This document shows, one piece after another, positions 1 to 10,817 of a DNA stretch of 64,000 nt. The notes beneath the pieces are model-generated. The model was not told where the DNA came from. It searched no databases and saw nothing but the letters and a program-made list of their open reading frames with translations. Source of the stretch: Lytechinus pictus. Its lineage: Eukaryota. Within the stretch, counting starts at the first letter, position 1, and the number at the start of each line of letters is the position of its first letter. The stretch is from NCBI RefSeq assembly GCF_037042905.1, contig NC_087246.1:2048001-2112000 (forward strand), in the 5' to 3' direction. Position numbers and translations under genes: made by a program.

Positions 1-199
1 AATGAAAAAGAACTCAATGAAATAGAATTACCGATGACACAATGGATAAAGAAAACAAAAAGTAGAATCAAATTGTATACAATCCATGCAAAAAAAAATA
101 TATATAATTTGTTACTATATTGTAATGTATCAATAATTATTATAAACACAAACATAAAGTAATATTTGTCATAATGGATCATAATTTACTAAAAATGTT

Positions 200-362
200 T
201 TATCTAATCCAAAGGTCGTTTGATATAGCGCCTTTTCCTTTCAGTTACAAAGCGCTGCGCACACACTACTCCATGTTTGGGTCAATAAAACAATAACTAA
301 ACACCTCAGAATGGTCAGCTTAGTCCATGCAATTCATTGTCCTCTTTAGCAAAATAGATGGG
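200..362 (-). mobile_element. 3' end and tail of an old L2-clade LINE (host of the nested insertions)
   Basis: The minus strand ends ORF2 as ...KSHLFC* when joined across the BEL TSD to 7255-7446. An L2-type tail follows (GCAGCGCTTTG...AAAGGCGCTATATCAA). Confidence 0.7.
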
Positions 363-1358
363 TGTGGCTGTAGTGAGGTCGATAAACAAAAGACAAGCGT
401 AACAAAGGCCTCTACAGGATTTCGTTGTTTTAATATGTCAATCCGATATCAAATGCGTACAATCAATCCAATCGAATTGGTCTTAAATCTATTAGTGTTT
501 TTAATCCGTTGATTGTTTTAATCCAATTCGTCCTTTTAATCCAGTTTGAACCAATTAGTACGTTCAATCCTTTGATCAATTTAATCCTTTTGAACCAATT
601 AGTTCCTTTAATCCGTGAAAACTGTGGAATCAATGATAAAGAAAAAGGAATCATAAATACCAGCAAAATGAAACATCTTAAGTTACCAATAGAGTAACAT
701 CAATTCTTTGGAAACCTGAATAGCCTTGTCTCAACTAAATTCTATCCACTGTACATGTTATTTTTACTCATTATAGGTTTGCTTGAACTACATGTACAAA
801 CAGAAATTAGTTTTGCTCTCATTACAATTATAAGAATGCAAGAATAAATCAACAATCATTCTTTATATATCATAGAATAAATGTGGTACAAAATGTAGTT
901 TCATGTAATAACTAATCAGTCTTATTTGATTACAAGGGGATGCAATGAGCCTGGTATAGCTTGTACATACATTATACATACACATTATCATTTGTCATTA
1001 TGAACCAAGAAAAAGATCTCTAAAATTTCACTTTATGCTTAGACCATAATAAAAAATACATAACATAAAACATTAACTAACCTCTTTGCTTGCTTTCTCG
1101 AGTAAATTAAATGTCTTCTGAGCCAGGATGTTTCTGATTTTGAAGGGCAAAATCCTGGTCCCTCACACAACCCAATGTCCAAAAATCAAATGCACTGTCA
1201 TGGTGCTATGTAAGTGTACTCATTGACTAAGGGAGTGCTAGATACAAATGTGTTAATCAGGTAGTGCAATAGTGAAAGTATATATACAAAAAGTGCAAAA
1301 TCACTTCTGCGCTAATTTTGGTGTGCTAATTTATAAATTTAGATGTACTTTCATCACA
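363..1358 (-). repeat. 3' LTR of BEL/Pao element
   Basis: Direct repeat of 6259-7254 (offset 5896), with TG...CA termini. Confidence 0.95.
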
Positions 1359-2837
1359 TGGCTCCTTTAAATTAAATATTAATTTACCACAAGAAAACAT
1401 CCGCAATGAATAAATCTAAATTTAAGTACTTTATAGACTACATACATGTATACTTCTTAAAGATAATTTTACGCTACTAGACTAAGTACACATGAACGTT
1501 TCCTCGAAAATTTTCACTAATCACATTTCCTGGCTGTGTAATCATACCGTTAACCATAAGATGATACTATATACAAATGATGAGAAACTCAAACTACATC
1601 TTTCAAAACATGATTAAGAAACATCGATATCGCAAAATGTCATATTTGAATTCTAACAGTAATTTACGAGCGTAAATCCAATTCAAAGGTATCGTAGTAC
1701 TTGAAAGGCTTTCAATGTAAAACAACAAAAATTACTTTTTTCCAGCATTTCACCTTTCCTTTTTTTGGGGGGTATATAGATAAAAACATTAAGTTCACAC
1801 AATCTCAACCTTCAGAAATTTGACCATTTCAGGAAGTCAATAAGTATTCATAATCAAGAAACAAGTCATTTTAGGTAAAATATGAACTTAACCTCTAATC
1901 TAGTCCCTTTCCTCTATTTTCATGGAATATTTATCTAAACCAAGAAAAAAGGCTTTTGCCAAAAAGGAAGATAAGCGTCGTTTTAAATTTTATAGTCTTA
2001 ACTTCAGACATCATATATATATGTAAAGATTCAGACCTCGATGCATGTGAGATACTGTACGTGTATATACGATAATTTGTATCAATAACAAATATAATAA
2101 AAAGAATTATATAGTATACCATACCTTAAATGAATTCAACTTGAATTCAGTCAAAACTTATGTTTTAGATAATTTAACACTATTCCTTGGAAGATTTCAA
2201 CATTCTATGATATATACTTTTTTATGCGTTCTTCCTGCTCATTATATATATGAAATATTGAAATATTCTAAAATACACACAAAGTCATCTTTGATAAGTT
2301 TAAATACAACTGAAAACAAACATGTTCTCTTGTTCTCCACTTTGCATTTTTATAAAACTTTGAAAGTATGCAATATAAAAAATTGTTAATTTTCTTCTGA
2401 ATGAAAATGACGAGAAGAATTAGTCTAATTTCCAGACCAATGTATGTTTGATCAAATTGAATTTTGGTAAATGTTTTTATGAATGTATATGAAAAAACAA
2501 CATGATTAAGCAATTATTCTGCAATAATCAGACTCATTGTCTGAAATTCATGAAGCAGTATAGTCTTAAATCAGACCCAGAATGTTTAAAATGACAGTAA
2601 AATCTAAGTTTTACTTCAAATTTTTAACACAGTCAATTTCTGTTTCTATAACCCACAAAATTGATGTATTCATATCTTATGATTAGTCTAGAGTTCAGAC
2701 TGTGCTCGAGAGCTCTCAAAGAGAATTTTGATGAATTATAGTCCAGATCAAATCATCGAATAAACTTCAAAATTATCAGATCCTGTGTGAGCATTTTAGT
2801 CTTTCTTAATGAGTCACGTTGGCTCCTTGGCTGGGAA

Positions 2838-5800
2838 TTATTCCTGGTCTTCACTCGGAAGAAGAAGAACTAGCTTGTGGATAGGACGATCAAGGTAAGT
2901 CACTGGGTTACTTCGTTTTCCCACATTGTCTAATTTTCTGTCTCCTACCATGACCCTAACCTTATGAATGTAGTCATCCTTTGATTGATATAGTTCAACG
3001 ATTCTTCCAAGAGGCCAAACATTGCGAGGAGTGTTATCATCTTTAATAATTACCACATCTCCTATTCTCATGTTGCGATGTGGCTTGGTCCACTTCTGTC
3101 GCGACTGAAGCTGACAAAGAAACTCCTTCTTCCATTGACACCAGAATTCATTATGACACTGAAATACAATTGAGATGGTCAGGTGAGTTTGAGGGAGGAT
3201 GACAGGATGCTTGCTTTCAAATGAGAGGTCAGATCTCCTCAAACGTCCTCCAACTCTAAGGATGCCATCATCATCATCTATAAATGGGTCCAGAGGATAC
3301 AAGCGACTGGTCTCCTTGTAATGACGCCTTCTTTCTCTTTGGTTGTGAGACTTGCTGACTCCTGATGATTTCACTTCATCAAATGTCCTCCTCTGAATCA
3401 GTCTTATGATTTCCATCTCTGCATGAAGAAGTACAGTAGTCAGAGGTTCCATCACAACTTTCTTGACATCTTTCCCATCTCGTCTTGCATGGCAGCATCT
3501 CTGTAAGTATGATTTGAGACGGAGGCAGTACGCCACAGCTCTCTTCGCTCGATACCAACTAGAGAGATGATCAAATCGTCCTAACTCGAGCTCATCTACC
3601 TCTTTTACTGAGGCATGGGTGTTGCTTTTCACTTCATGATCTTTAGGAATGACTGTAGCTTCTTCCTCAGTCTCTTCCGGAATCTCCCTTTCCATAAGCC
3701 CAACAAGCTTCAAGTCGTTCTGTAAATACGGTTCCTGATTCTTATCAGGAATTAAATCAGCCTCAAGAAGTTGGGAAGCTTGAAGAGGGGTAATCTCTTC
3801 CTTCATAGTAGCTTGATGCATGAGGATCACTTCCGAGCGATGACCCTTCAACTGTACTTCCTCGGGTACAATTTGTACAGTCGTGCGATGACTCACACAA
3901 ATGGGATCATTGTGACTATCAACATGTCCTGCATTCACTGTCCCAACAATGCTCCAGCCTAGGTCTGTCTGGACTGCATAGGGTCCTCTTTCGTCAGGAG
4001 AGTGGATGACAGCACGCGGAGCTAAAGCCTTGGCACAGTCGTAGCCGATCAAGAGTCCAATTTCAACATCCTGAAGAGGAGCAATCATATCAGCAATCCT
4101 GGACAAGTGTTTGAAGGATCTCGCTGTGTCAGGAGTAGGAATATGATGTCGATCCGCTGGGATGAAGTCTCTTGTATAGCTTGGAGGGAGACTAATTACC
4201 TTCTCGGAGTTGTAGTAAGCCTTCGCTTTCAATCCAGTCACCTTCTCACAAGCTATTCTCTCATTTGCCTTTGTCATTGTAGAAAGCAATAGGTGCATGT
4301 CTATGCCTCTGATGCCCATTGCTTCTTTGGTTTGTGTGAGAATGAAGGATGTATCGGATTGCGTGTCCAGTAGTGCATATACTAGTCTCTCCTTATGACT
4401 GGACTCGTGCGATAGCCATACAGGAACAATCATCGATGACTTCATAGAATTACTGGAATCTGACTGGGAAGCATGAGAATTTGATTCCAGAGTTTCATTA
4501 CTGCTTCTCTCTCTGTTTGTAGCATCCAATCGCCTTTCCTTCCATTCATCATCATGTAGAGCAGTGGGATGCTTTCCCTTACATACAGAGCATGTATCTC
4601 TTTTCTTGCAACTCTTTGACATGTGTCCCTTTCTCAAGCAACCAAAGCAGAGACCATTGTCCTTAATAGTCTGTCTTTTCTTCTGCATCGTTTCTGAATT
4701 GAACGAGGAACATTCAGCAATATGGTGATGACCCTTGCAGAAGACACATGACAGATATTTCTTCTCAGCAGAGCCGTCTTGGTGATTGTGTGTTCCAGTC
4801 TGTAAAGATCGAGAAGGAGTTGACCACTTCCTTTCCTTTGAGGTCTGCAGAGACTGAAGAGAGGTGACGGGATCACAAGCAACAGTTGCCTCTTCGTCAA
4901 TGAACTCTGTGAAGATGGCAAACGGTGGAAAGGTTTTCCAATCTTGTCTCCACTTAACAACCTTCCTTCCCCATTTCACGACTAGCCATTCAGGGAGTTT
5001 CCTCAGTAGGTTTCGATTTTCTCGTTCGTCATCAAGATGATTCAGGTGGGGTACATACTTGGATGTGGCGTCACATTGTTTCAAGAAGTCTCCAAATCTC
5101 CTAAGTCCAAAGGAATCTCTTGATCCAACCTTGGGCCAAGCATCCAACTTGTCTCTGTAAGCATTTGAAACTACAAATGGATCCCCATATCTCTGTTCCA
5201 ACGCTTCCTTCGCATTAAGGTAACATCTGCCATCGCCGATCATAGAGTAGCCTTCTACCAAGGATTTAGGCTCACCTGTCAGGTATTTTAAGAGAAAGTA
5301 GAACCTCTCTGCCATAGGAATTCCACGATGTTCGATCAATGCATCGTAGCTTCGCCTCCATGCCGTGTAGTCAAGAGGGTTACCTGAGAAAATCCCAGGC
5401 TCTGGAAGAGGAAGTCTATTTAAGGATAACAACTCTTTCAAACTGTTGGCGAGAACATCATCATTGCTGGACTTTGGTTCTTGTCGATGACCAATCTCAG
5501 TTGCAGGGCTTTCCGAAGGTGGAGCAGGGTTGTTCATCTCAAAGATGGGTTCCATTGAAGGGGCACTGTTACCTCCATTAACTATACTCTGAACTCGAGG
5601 AGGAACTGACACTTGACGATCAACCCAGTCTTGAATTCTCCCTCTGGATGATCGGGAACCTGACTTAGACGAAAGCGTCCCACCTTGCAATCGAAGAACA
5701 ACTTTCATTGTTTCTCTCATTAAAGATGAATGTTCATCTTCAATGGTTTCAAGTAGATCTCCACCATCATCAAGATCTGCTGAAGGAGCTATAGCTGCGA

Positions 5801-6044
5801 GTTCTTCTTGAGAAGAAATGGCCTTGTCCATGGCTTCCTGTACTTGATTACGGGATTCTTTAATCATCACAATGTTGACATCGTCTTCAACTATAAGCTG
5901 TCGATGCTTATTTGCCCTTCTCCTCCAAAGTCGAATGGCATCTCTCCATGTCTTGACTGTGACGTCTGCTTTATTCTGCAAACCCTTCTCAGTGGGCATT
6001 CTATCCCGTCCATTCTCAACTCCTTCTGCCATGATTATTCCCAA
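2838..6044 (-). CDS. BEL/Pao Gag-protease polyprotein fused in frame to the pre-integrase segment and the integrase C-terminal (DUF5641-like) domain; no RT, RNase H or DDE core
   Basis: 1068-aa ORF. Gag motifs FSGNPLDYTAW and EALEQRYG; Cys-His knuckles CVFCKGHHHIAEC, CFGCLRKGHMSKSC and CSVCKGKHPTALH; protease ALLDTQSDTSF; pre-integrase GILRVGGRL...KHPVILP; C-terminal FWCQWKKEFL...GDVVIIKD...WPLGRI...DRPIHKLVLLL. No YxDD motif. Confidence 0.92.
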   Translation of the reverse strand: MGIIMAEGVENGRDRMPTEKGLQNKADVTVKTWRDAIRLWRRRANKHRQLIVEDDVNIVMIKESRNQVQEAMDKAISSQEELAAIAPSADLDDGGDLLETIEDEHSSLMRETMKVVLRLQGGTLSSKSGSRSSRGRIQDWVDRQVSVPPRVQSIVNGGNSAPSMEPIFEMNNPAPPSESPATEIGHRQEPKSSNDDVLANSLKELLSLNRLPLPEPGIFSGNPLDYTAWRRSYDALIEHRGIPMAERFYFLLKYLTGEPKSLVEGYSMIGDGRCYLNAKEALEQRYGDPFVVSNAYRDKLDAWPKVGSRDSFGLRRFGDFLKQCDATSKYVPHLNHLDDERENRNLLRKLPEWLVVKWGRKVVKWRQDWKTFPPFAIFTEFIDEEATVACDPVTSLQSLQTSKERKWSTPSRSLQTGTHNHQDGSAEKKYLSCVFCKGHHHIAECSSFNSETMQKKRQTIKDNGLCFGCLRKGHMSKSCKKRDTCSVCKGKHPTALHDDEWKERRLDATNRERSSNETLESNSHASQSDSSNSMKSSMIVPVWLSHESSHKERLVYALLDTQSDTSFILTQTKEAMGIRGIDMHLLLSTMTKANERIACEKVTGLKAKAYYNSEKVISLPPSYTRDFIPADRHHIPTPDTARSFKHLSRIADMIAPLQDVEIGLLIGYDCAKALAPRAVIHSPDERGPYAVQTDLGWSIVGTVNAGHVDSHNDPICVSHRTTVQIVPEEVQLKGHRSEVILMHQATMKEEITPLQASQLLEADLIPDKNQEPYLQNDLKLVGLMEREIPEETEEEATVIPKDHEVKSNTHASVKEVDELELGRFDHLSSWYRAKRAVAYCLRLKSYLQRCCHARRDGKDVKKVVMEPLTTVLLHAEMEIIRLIQRRTFDEVKSSGVSKSHNQRERRRHYKETSRLYPLDPFIDDDDGILRVGGRLRRSDLSFESKHPVILPQTHLTISIVFQCHNEFWCQWKKEFLCQLQSRQKWTKPHRNMRIGDVVIIKDDNTPRNVWPLGRIVELYQSKDDYIHKVRVMVGDRKLDNVGKRSNPVTYLDRPIHKLVLLLPSEDQE

Positions 6045-6249
6045 ATAGAAGATTTATGATGAAAGAAGGTTGAGATCAATTAATCACAAGAGATTTAATA
6101 ATTTGGGCTGAACATTGAATATCGAAGTTCCCGATGTGCATTCGAAATTGTTCCGTAGCTGATAGAATTCACAAAGTCCATTGAACTGCGAGGATCTTTG
6201 ACCGTGTCGAAAGAGGAAATTCACGTCGAAGAATTCTCGCTGCCCAAAG

Positions 6250-6258
6250 AGTTTTCAC
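6250..6258 (-). promoter_or_regulatory. Non-tRNA primer-binding site GTGAAAACT flush with the 5' LTR
   Basis: Directly follows the LTR terminal CA on the sense strand. It does not begin with TGG and is complementary to AGTTTTCAC inside the LTR (6511-6519). Confidence 0.65.
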
Positions 6259-7254
6259 TGTGGCTGTAGTGAGGTCGATAAACAAAAGACAAGCGTAACA
6301 AAGGCCTCTACAGGATTTCGTTGTTTTAATATGTCAATCCGATATCAAATGCGTACAATCAATCCAATCGAATTGGTCTTAAATCTATTAGTGTTTTTAA
6401 TCCGTTGATTGTTTTAATCCAATTCGTCCTTTTAATCCAGTTTGAACCAATTAGTACGTTCAATCCTTTGATCAATTTAATCCTTTTGAACCAATTAGTT
6501 CCTTTAATCCGTGAAAACTGTGGAATCAATGATAAAGAAAAAGGAATCATAAATACCAGCAAAATGAAACATCTTAAGTTACCAATAGAGTAACATCAAT
6601 TCTTTGGAAACCTGAATAGCCTTGTCTCAACTAAATTCTATCCACTGTACATGTTATTTTTACTCATTATAGGTTTGCTTGAACTACATGTACAAACAGA
6701 AATTAGTTTTGCTCTCATTACAATTATAAGAATGCAAGAATAAATCAACAATCATTCTTTATATATCATAGAATAAATGTGGTACAAAATGTAGTTTCAT
6801 GTAATAACTAATCAGTCTTATTTGATTACAAGGGGATGCAATGAGCCTGGTATAGCTTGTACATACATTATACATACACATTATCATTTGTCATTATGAA
6901 CCAAGAAAAAGATCTCTAAAATTTCACTTTATGCTTAGACCATAATAAAAAATACATAACATAAAACATTAACTAACCTCTTTGCTTGCTTTCTCGAGTA
7001 AATTAAATGTCTTCTGAGCCAGGATGTTTCTGATTTTGAAGGGCAAAATCCTGGTCCCTCACACAACCCAATGTCCAAAAATCAAATGCACTGTCATGGT
7101 GCTATGTAAGTGTACTCATTGACTAAGGGAGTGCTAGATACAAATGTGTTAATCAGGTAGTGCAATAGTGAAAGTATATATACAAAAAGTGCAAAATCAC
7201 TTCTGCGCTAATTTTGGTGTGCTAATTTATAAATTTAGATGTACTTTCATCACA
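6259..7254 (-). repeat. 5' LTR of BEL/Pao element
   Basis: Direct repeat of 363-1358. Confidence 0.95.
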
Positions 7255-7446
7255 ATGGGATTTAATGGTTTTCTTGAATAAGTCAATAGAAGAGGCTGTC
7301 CTCATCTTCACAGTAACAGGAAGGTGATTGCATAGCTTTGCAGCAACCACAGGGAAGGACGTTCACCTGCTCGTCACATAGAAAGGTGCTGAATGAGCAA
7401 GACTGGTGAAGATGAAACGAGAAGGGCGAACTTGAGAGCGACGAAG
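7255..7446 (-). mobile_element. L2 LINE ORF2 C-terminal fragment trapped between two LTR elements
   Basis: The minus strand gives AAKLCNHLP...ASSIDLFKKTIKSH, which matches the 'AP.LWN.LP...FK..LKT.LF' ending typical of L2/CR1 ORF2. Confidence 0.75.
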
Positions 7447-8007
7447 TGTTTCAAGTTATATTATTTGTCAGAATCAAACAGAATTACACAGCTTCTGTAT
7501 AGTCGAGAGAGTAGCATTTAATAAGTAGTAAACGTTTGTAGCGGCCTCTTTTGGCAGGATCATTACATGCTCCTTAAATCTCATAAACATGCAGATATTG
7601 TAACATCCTCCCTTCTTTGAGCTTTGTGCTAGAGAGAATGTATATAATTGAAAAAAATGTCAATGATAAACCAAACAATTAAATGTATGTAAATATTTCA
7701 AAAATATAAAACCAAAATACCAGTTTATGAGACTTTCACATTTTTGTAGTTGCACAAAAATAATACTTGCAAAAAAAATAATAATTGAGTTCAAAACAGT
7801 TCTTCCAGTTGCAAACAAAAATGTTTTAAAAGTCCAGGTTAAATTGTCCAGATAGATGAGTTGATAAATGGGTTGGTTGTTGCTTCAGTTCTGACTTCAA
7901 AATTTGCTTGAGTTAAAAACAAAAAGCAAAAAAACTTGTTTGAGAAATGTTAGTGTTCAGTTTATTTATTTCAGCATTAACTTTCTTTCCTTCTTCGGTT
8001 TAAATGT

Positions 8008-10773
8008 TCAAAACGTAACAAAATCCCCCATCTTAAGCGGTTCGCGTCGCTGACGTCTAGATCGTCTCAGGAAAGCTGGGTTGATTTCTGAGGTATTCAA
8101 GTTTGCATCACGCGACTTCTCCGGACTGTTAATATCCGCGGTCTGGGATATCTGGGTCCTGGTATGGGAAGTATGGCGCTCAGTAGTTGGTACATCAGGT
8201 TGAGGATTACCATCAGAACGTCTCCAGTTGAAAAGAGCAGGACCAGTGTCATGTACGTCTTGTGGTTCAGATGTGGCTCTGAGGTGTTCTCTGTTCCTTC
8301 TGAGAACATGGCCCTCACAGCGAACTTCATAGGAACGGTCATCCAGTTTCTTAAGGATAACTGCTTTCTTCCACTTCTTGTCATTGTTGAATGGCTTGAC
8401 TCTTACTACTGCTCCTGGTGAGAGATCTTTCAACTTTCTTGTATCTCTGTTGAAATACTTTGCTTGACGTTTCTGGCTTTCTTTCAGTCTCTCAAGATCA
8501 GTCTGTGGGTTGCGATCAGGTGCAAGCAATCGAGTCGAAGTGGGGAGGAGAGTACGAGTCCGACGACCCATGAATCTCTGGGCTGGACTACTCTGGATAC
8601 CTTGTGTCTGGGTGTTGCGACTGTTGAGTAAGGCTAGATCAACATCATCTCCAGTATCCTTGCATCTTGTAAGTAGTCTTTTTGCAGTCTTGACAGCAGA
8701 CTCTGCTTTGCCATTAGCTTTGCTGTTGTATGGAGAGATGGTATTGTGCTCAACTCCAATCTTTTTTGCAAATTCAGCAAATTCGTTAGAGGAGAAAGGA
8801 TGACCATTGTCAGATACGATGATTTCAGGTACTCCATATCTCCCAAACTGGTGTTTGAGTCTCTTGATGACTGCAGGGGCAGTTGTCCTCTGTAGCTTTT
8901 CCATCTCAAAGAAGTTGGAGTAATAACAAACCATGATGAGATAGGTTTCATTACCATGATGGAAAAGATCAATTCCAATCTTGGCCCATGGTCTGTCAAT
9001 AATCTGGTGAGACATCAGAGGCTGGGCAGGCTGTGAGATAGAGTTTTCTTGGCATGTGGCACATGTTTGAATAAATTCCTTGATTTCTTTACTCATGCCC
9101 GGCCAGTAGAGATGATCACGAGCTCTTCTCAAAGTTGACTCCACACCATTGTGACCACGATGTAACTCCTCTTTCATCTTGTGTCTGACTTGTTTTGGGA
9201 CTACAAGCCGTTCACCCTTGAAGATTAGATCATCACTGACAGAAAGTTCATCTCTGAAACCAAAGTACGGGGTGAGTGACTGAGGAAGTTGTGACTTGTG
9301 GTCTGGCCACCCTTCAAGAAGGGTGTCTTTGAGTTGGCAGAGAGTTGGGTCATTGGCAGTCTGTCTCTTTATCTCTGCTATCCTGTCATCAGGGAGTGCC
9401 AAGTGGTTAACAGCATTCACCACTTCTAGACCATGTTGTCCACTCTCATAGGGAAGAGAAGCACGGCTAAGAGCATCAGCCAGGACGTTGTCCTTGCCCT
9501 TGAGATATCTCACTTGTATGTCATATGCAAGATCTCGTAGCAGTAACCCTTGCAGACGCTTTGGAGCTCTATCCAGGTGTTTCTTGCAGATGCTTTTAAG
9601 AGGTTTGTGGTCAGTGAACACAGTTATTTCACGGCCATAGGTGTATTGATTCCATTTCTCCAGTGCAAATACTAAACCAAGCATTTCTTTCTCAATGACA
9701 GAGTATCTGGATTCGGCATCACTCAGCATTCTGCTAGCATAGGCTATCGGTCTACCATCTTGTACCATAACCGCACCCACGCCTGTGGAGCTGGCATCAG
9801 TCTGAATTTCTAGCGGTTTGCTATGATCGTAGAAAGCCAACACAGGTGCTTGCACTAGCATCTCTTTCAACACCTTGAAAGCTTTGTCGTGGTTGGAGTC
9901 CCAAGTCCACACTGAGTTGTTATGCGTCAAGTCATTGAGAGGTTTCATCACATCTGATAATTTAGGTAGGTATCTGGATAGGTAGTTTCCCAGACCACGC
10001 AAGCGATGGATGTCATCTTTGCAGGAAGGATCAGTCATGTTCAGGATAGCTTCGATCTTTGATGGATCAGGTTTGAGTCCAGAGTTGGATACTATGTGGC
10101 CAAGGAATGAGATTTCCTTCAGTCGGAACTGGCATTTCTCCTTGTTCAACACAATGCCAACAGCTTGACATCTCTTCAGTAGACAATGTAGTCGGGCATC
10201 ATGCTCAGCGTCACTGTTGCCCCAGATGATGATGTCGTCGGCCACACAGCGGACTCCAGAAAGACCATCAGGTGCTTGGTGAAGCCTCTTTTGGAAGATT
10301 TCACTACTGACTTTCAAACCAAATGGAAGACCTTTCCATCTGTACCTTCTCCAGGGTGTGGCAAAAGTAGTCAGTAAACTAGACTCTTCATCTAACTTGC
10401 AGTGAAGGTATCCGTCTTTCAAGTCGCAGATTGAAAAGACTGTAGCATCTGAAAGCTGAGGTAGAATATCATCTAAGACAGGTAAGGGATAGTGCTCCCT
10501 CTTAAGCATGATGTTGAGAGGTCTGGGGTCTAGACAAACACGTACTTTACCAGATTTTTTCTGCACCACAGCCATCTGATTTACCCAATCAGTTGGAGAG
10601 CTGACTTCTTCGATGATGTCTTTTGCCTGAAGATCATCAAGTGCATCCTTTACTTTGCCTTTCAAGGATTCAGGGATGATTATAGCTGGGTAAACAGTAG
10701 GCATTGCATCATTCGTAACTGTCAGATGAACAGGACTTCCAGGCAGAATGCCAATTGAGGAAGACGAGAACAC
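8008..10773 (-). CDS. Gypsy Pol: reverse transcriptase, RNase H, integrase
   Basis: 921 aa. RT motifs RVCLDPRPLN, LPFGL and VADDIIIWG; RNase H motifs QTDAS, YSVIEKEML and FTDHKPL; integrase zinc finger HRGH...CATC and DDE core (IDLF, SDNG, AES). Confidence 0.93.
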   Translation of the reverse strand: MFSSSSIGILPGSPVHLTVTNDAMPTVYPAIIIPESLKGKVKDALDDLQAKDIIEEVSSPTDWVNQMAVVQKKSGKVRVCLDPRPLNIMLKREHYPLPVLDDILPQLSDATVFSICDLKDGYLHCKLDEESSLLTTFATPWRRYRWKGLPFGLKVSSEIFQKRLHQAPDGLSGVRCVADDIIIWGNSDAEHDARLHCLLKRCQAVGIVLNKEKCQFRLKEISFLGHIVSNSGLKPDPSKIEAILNMTDPSCKDDIHRLRGLGNYLSRYLPKLSDVMKPLNDLTHNNSVWTWDSNHDKAFKVLKEMLVQAPVLAFYDHSKPLEIQTDASSTGVGAVMVQDGRPIAYASRMLSDAESRYSVIEKEMLGLVFALEKWNQYTYGREITVFTDHKPLKSICKKHLDRAPKRLQGLLLRDLAYDIQVRYLKGKDNVLADALSRASLPYESGQHGLEVVNAVNHLALPDDRIAEIKRQTANDPTLCQLKDTLLEGWPDHKSQLPQSLTPYFGFRDELSVSDDLIFKGERLVVPKQVRHKMKEELHRGHNGVESTLRRARDHLYWPGMSKEIKEFIQTCATCQENSISQPAQPLMSHQIIDRPWAKIGIDLFHHGNETYLIMVCYYSNFFEMEKLQRTTAPAVIKRLKHQFGRYGVPEIIVSDNGHPFSSNEFAEFAKKIGVEHNTISPYNSKANGKAESAVKTAKRLLTRCKDTGDDVDLALLNSRNTQTQGIQSSPAQRFMGRRTRTLLPTSTRLLAPDRNPQTDLERLKESQKRQAKYFNRDTRKLKDLSPGAVVRVKPFNNDKKWKKAVILKKLDDRSYEVRCEGHVLRRNREHLRATSEPQDVHDTGPALFNWRRSDGNPQPDVPTTERHTSHTRTQISQTADINSPEKSRDANLNTSEINPAFLRRSRRQRREPLKMGDFVTF

Positions 10774-10817
10774 ATCAGGATACTTGTCAGGAATTATCTC
10801 AGCAATGTCCTCAGGAA

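Larger units (their letters stand above)
363..7254 (-). mobile_element. BEL/Pao LTR retrotransposon, non-autonomous (RT, RNase H and integrase core deleted), recent insertion
   Basis: Two 996-bp TG...CA LTRs (363-1358 and 6259-7254) with no differences seen by eye. 5-bp TSD ATGGG at 358-362 and 7255-7259. PPT-like AAAGGAGCCA abuts the 3' LTR. The internal ORF is BEL-type. Confidence 0.95.

Noticed and set aside
463..697. Small ORFs duplicated at 6359-6593
   Set aside because: They are open only because of the short repeats inside the LTR, and show no protein features.
6251..6258. PBS primed by a 5' half of tRNA-Glu(UUC) (GTTTTCAC in the anticodon arm)
   Set aside because: Only about 8 nt match a tRNA sequence recalled from memory, and the match does not extend. 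The 9-nt LTR-internal complement fits better. It remains an alternative.
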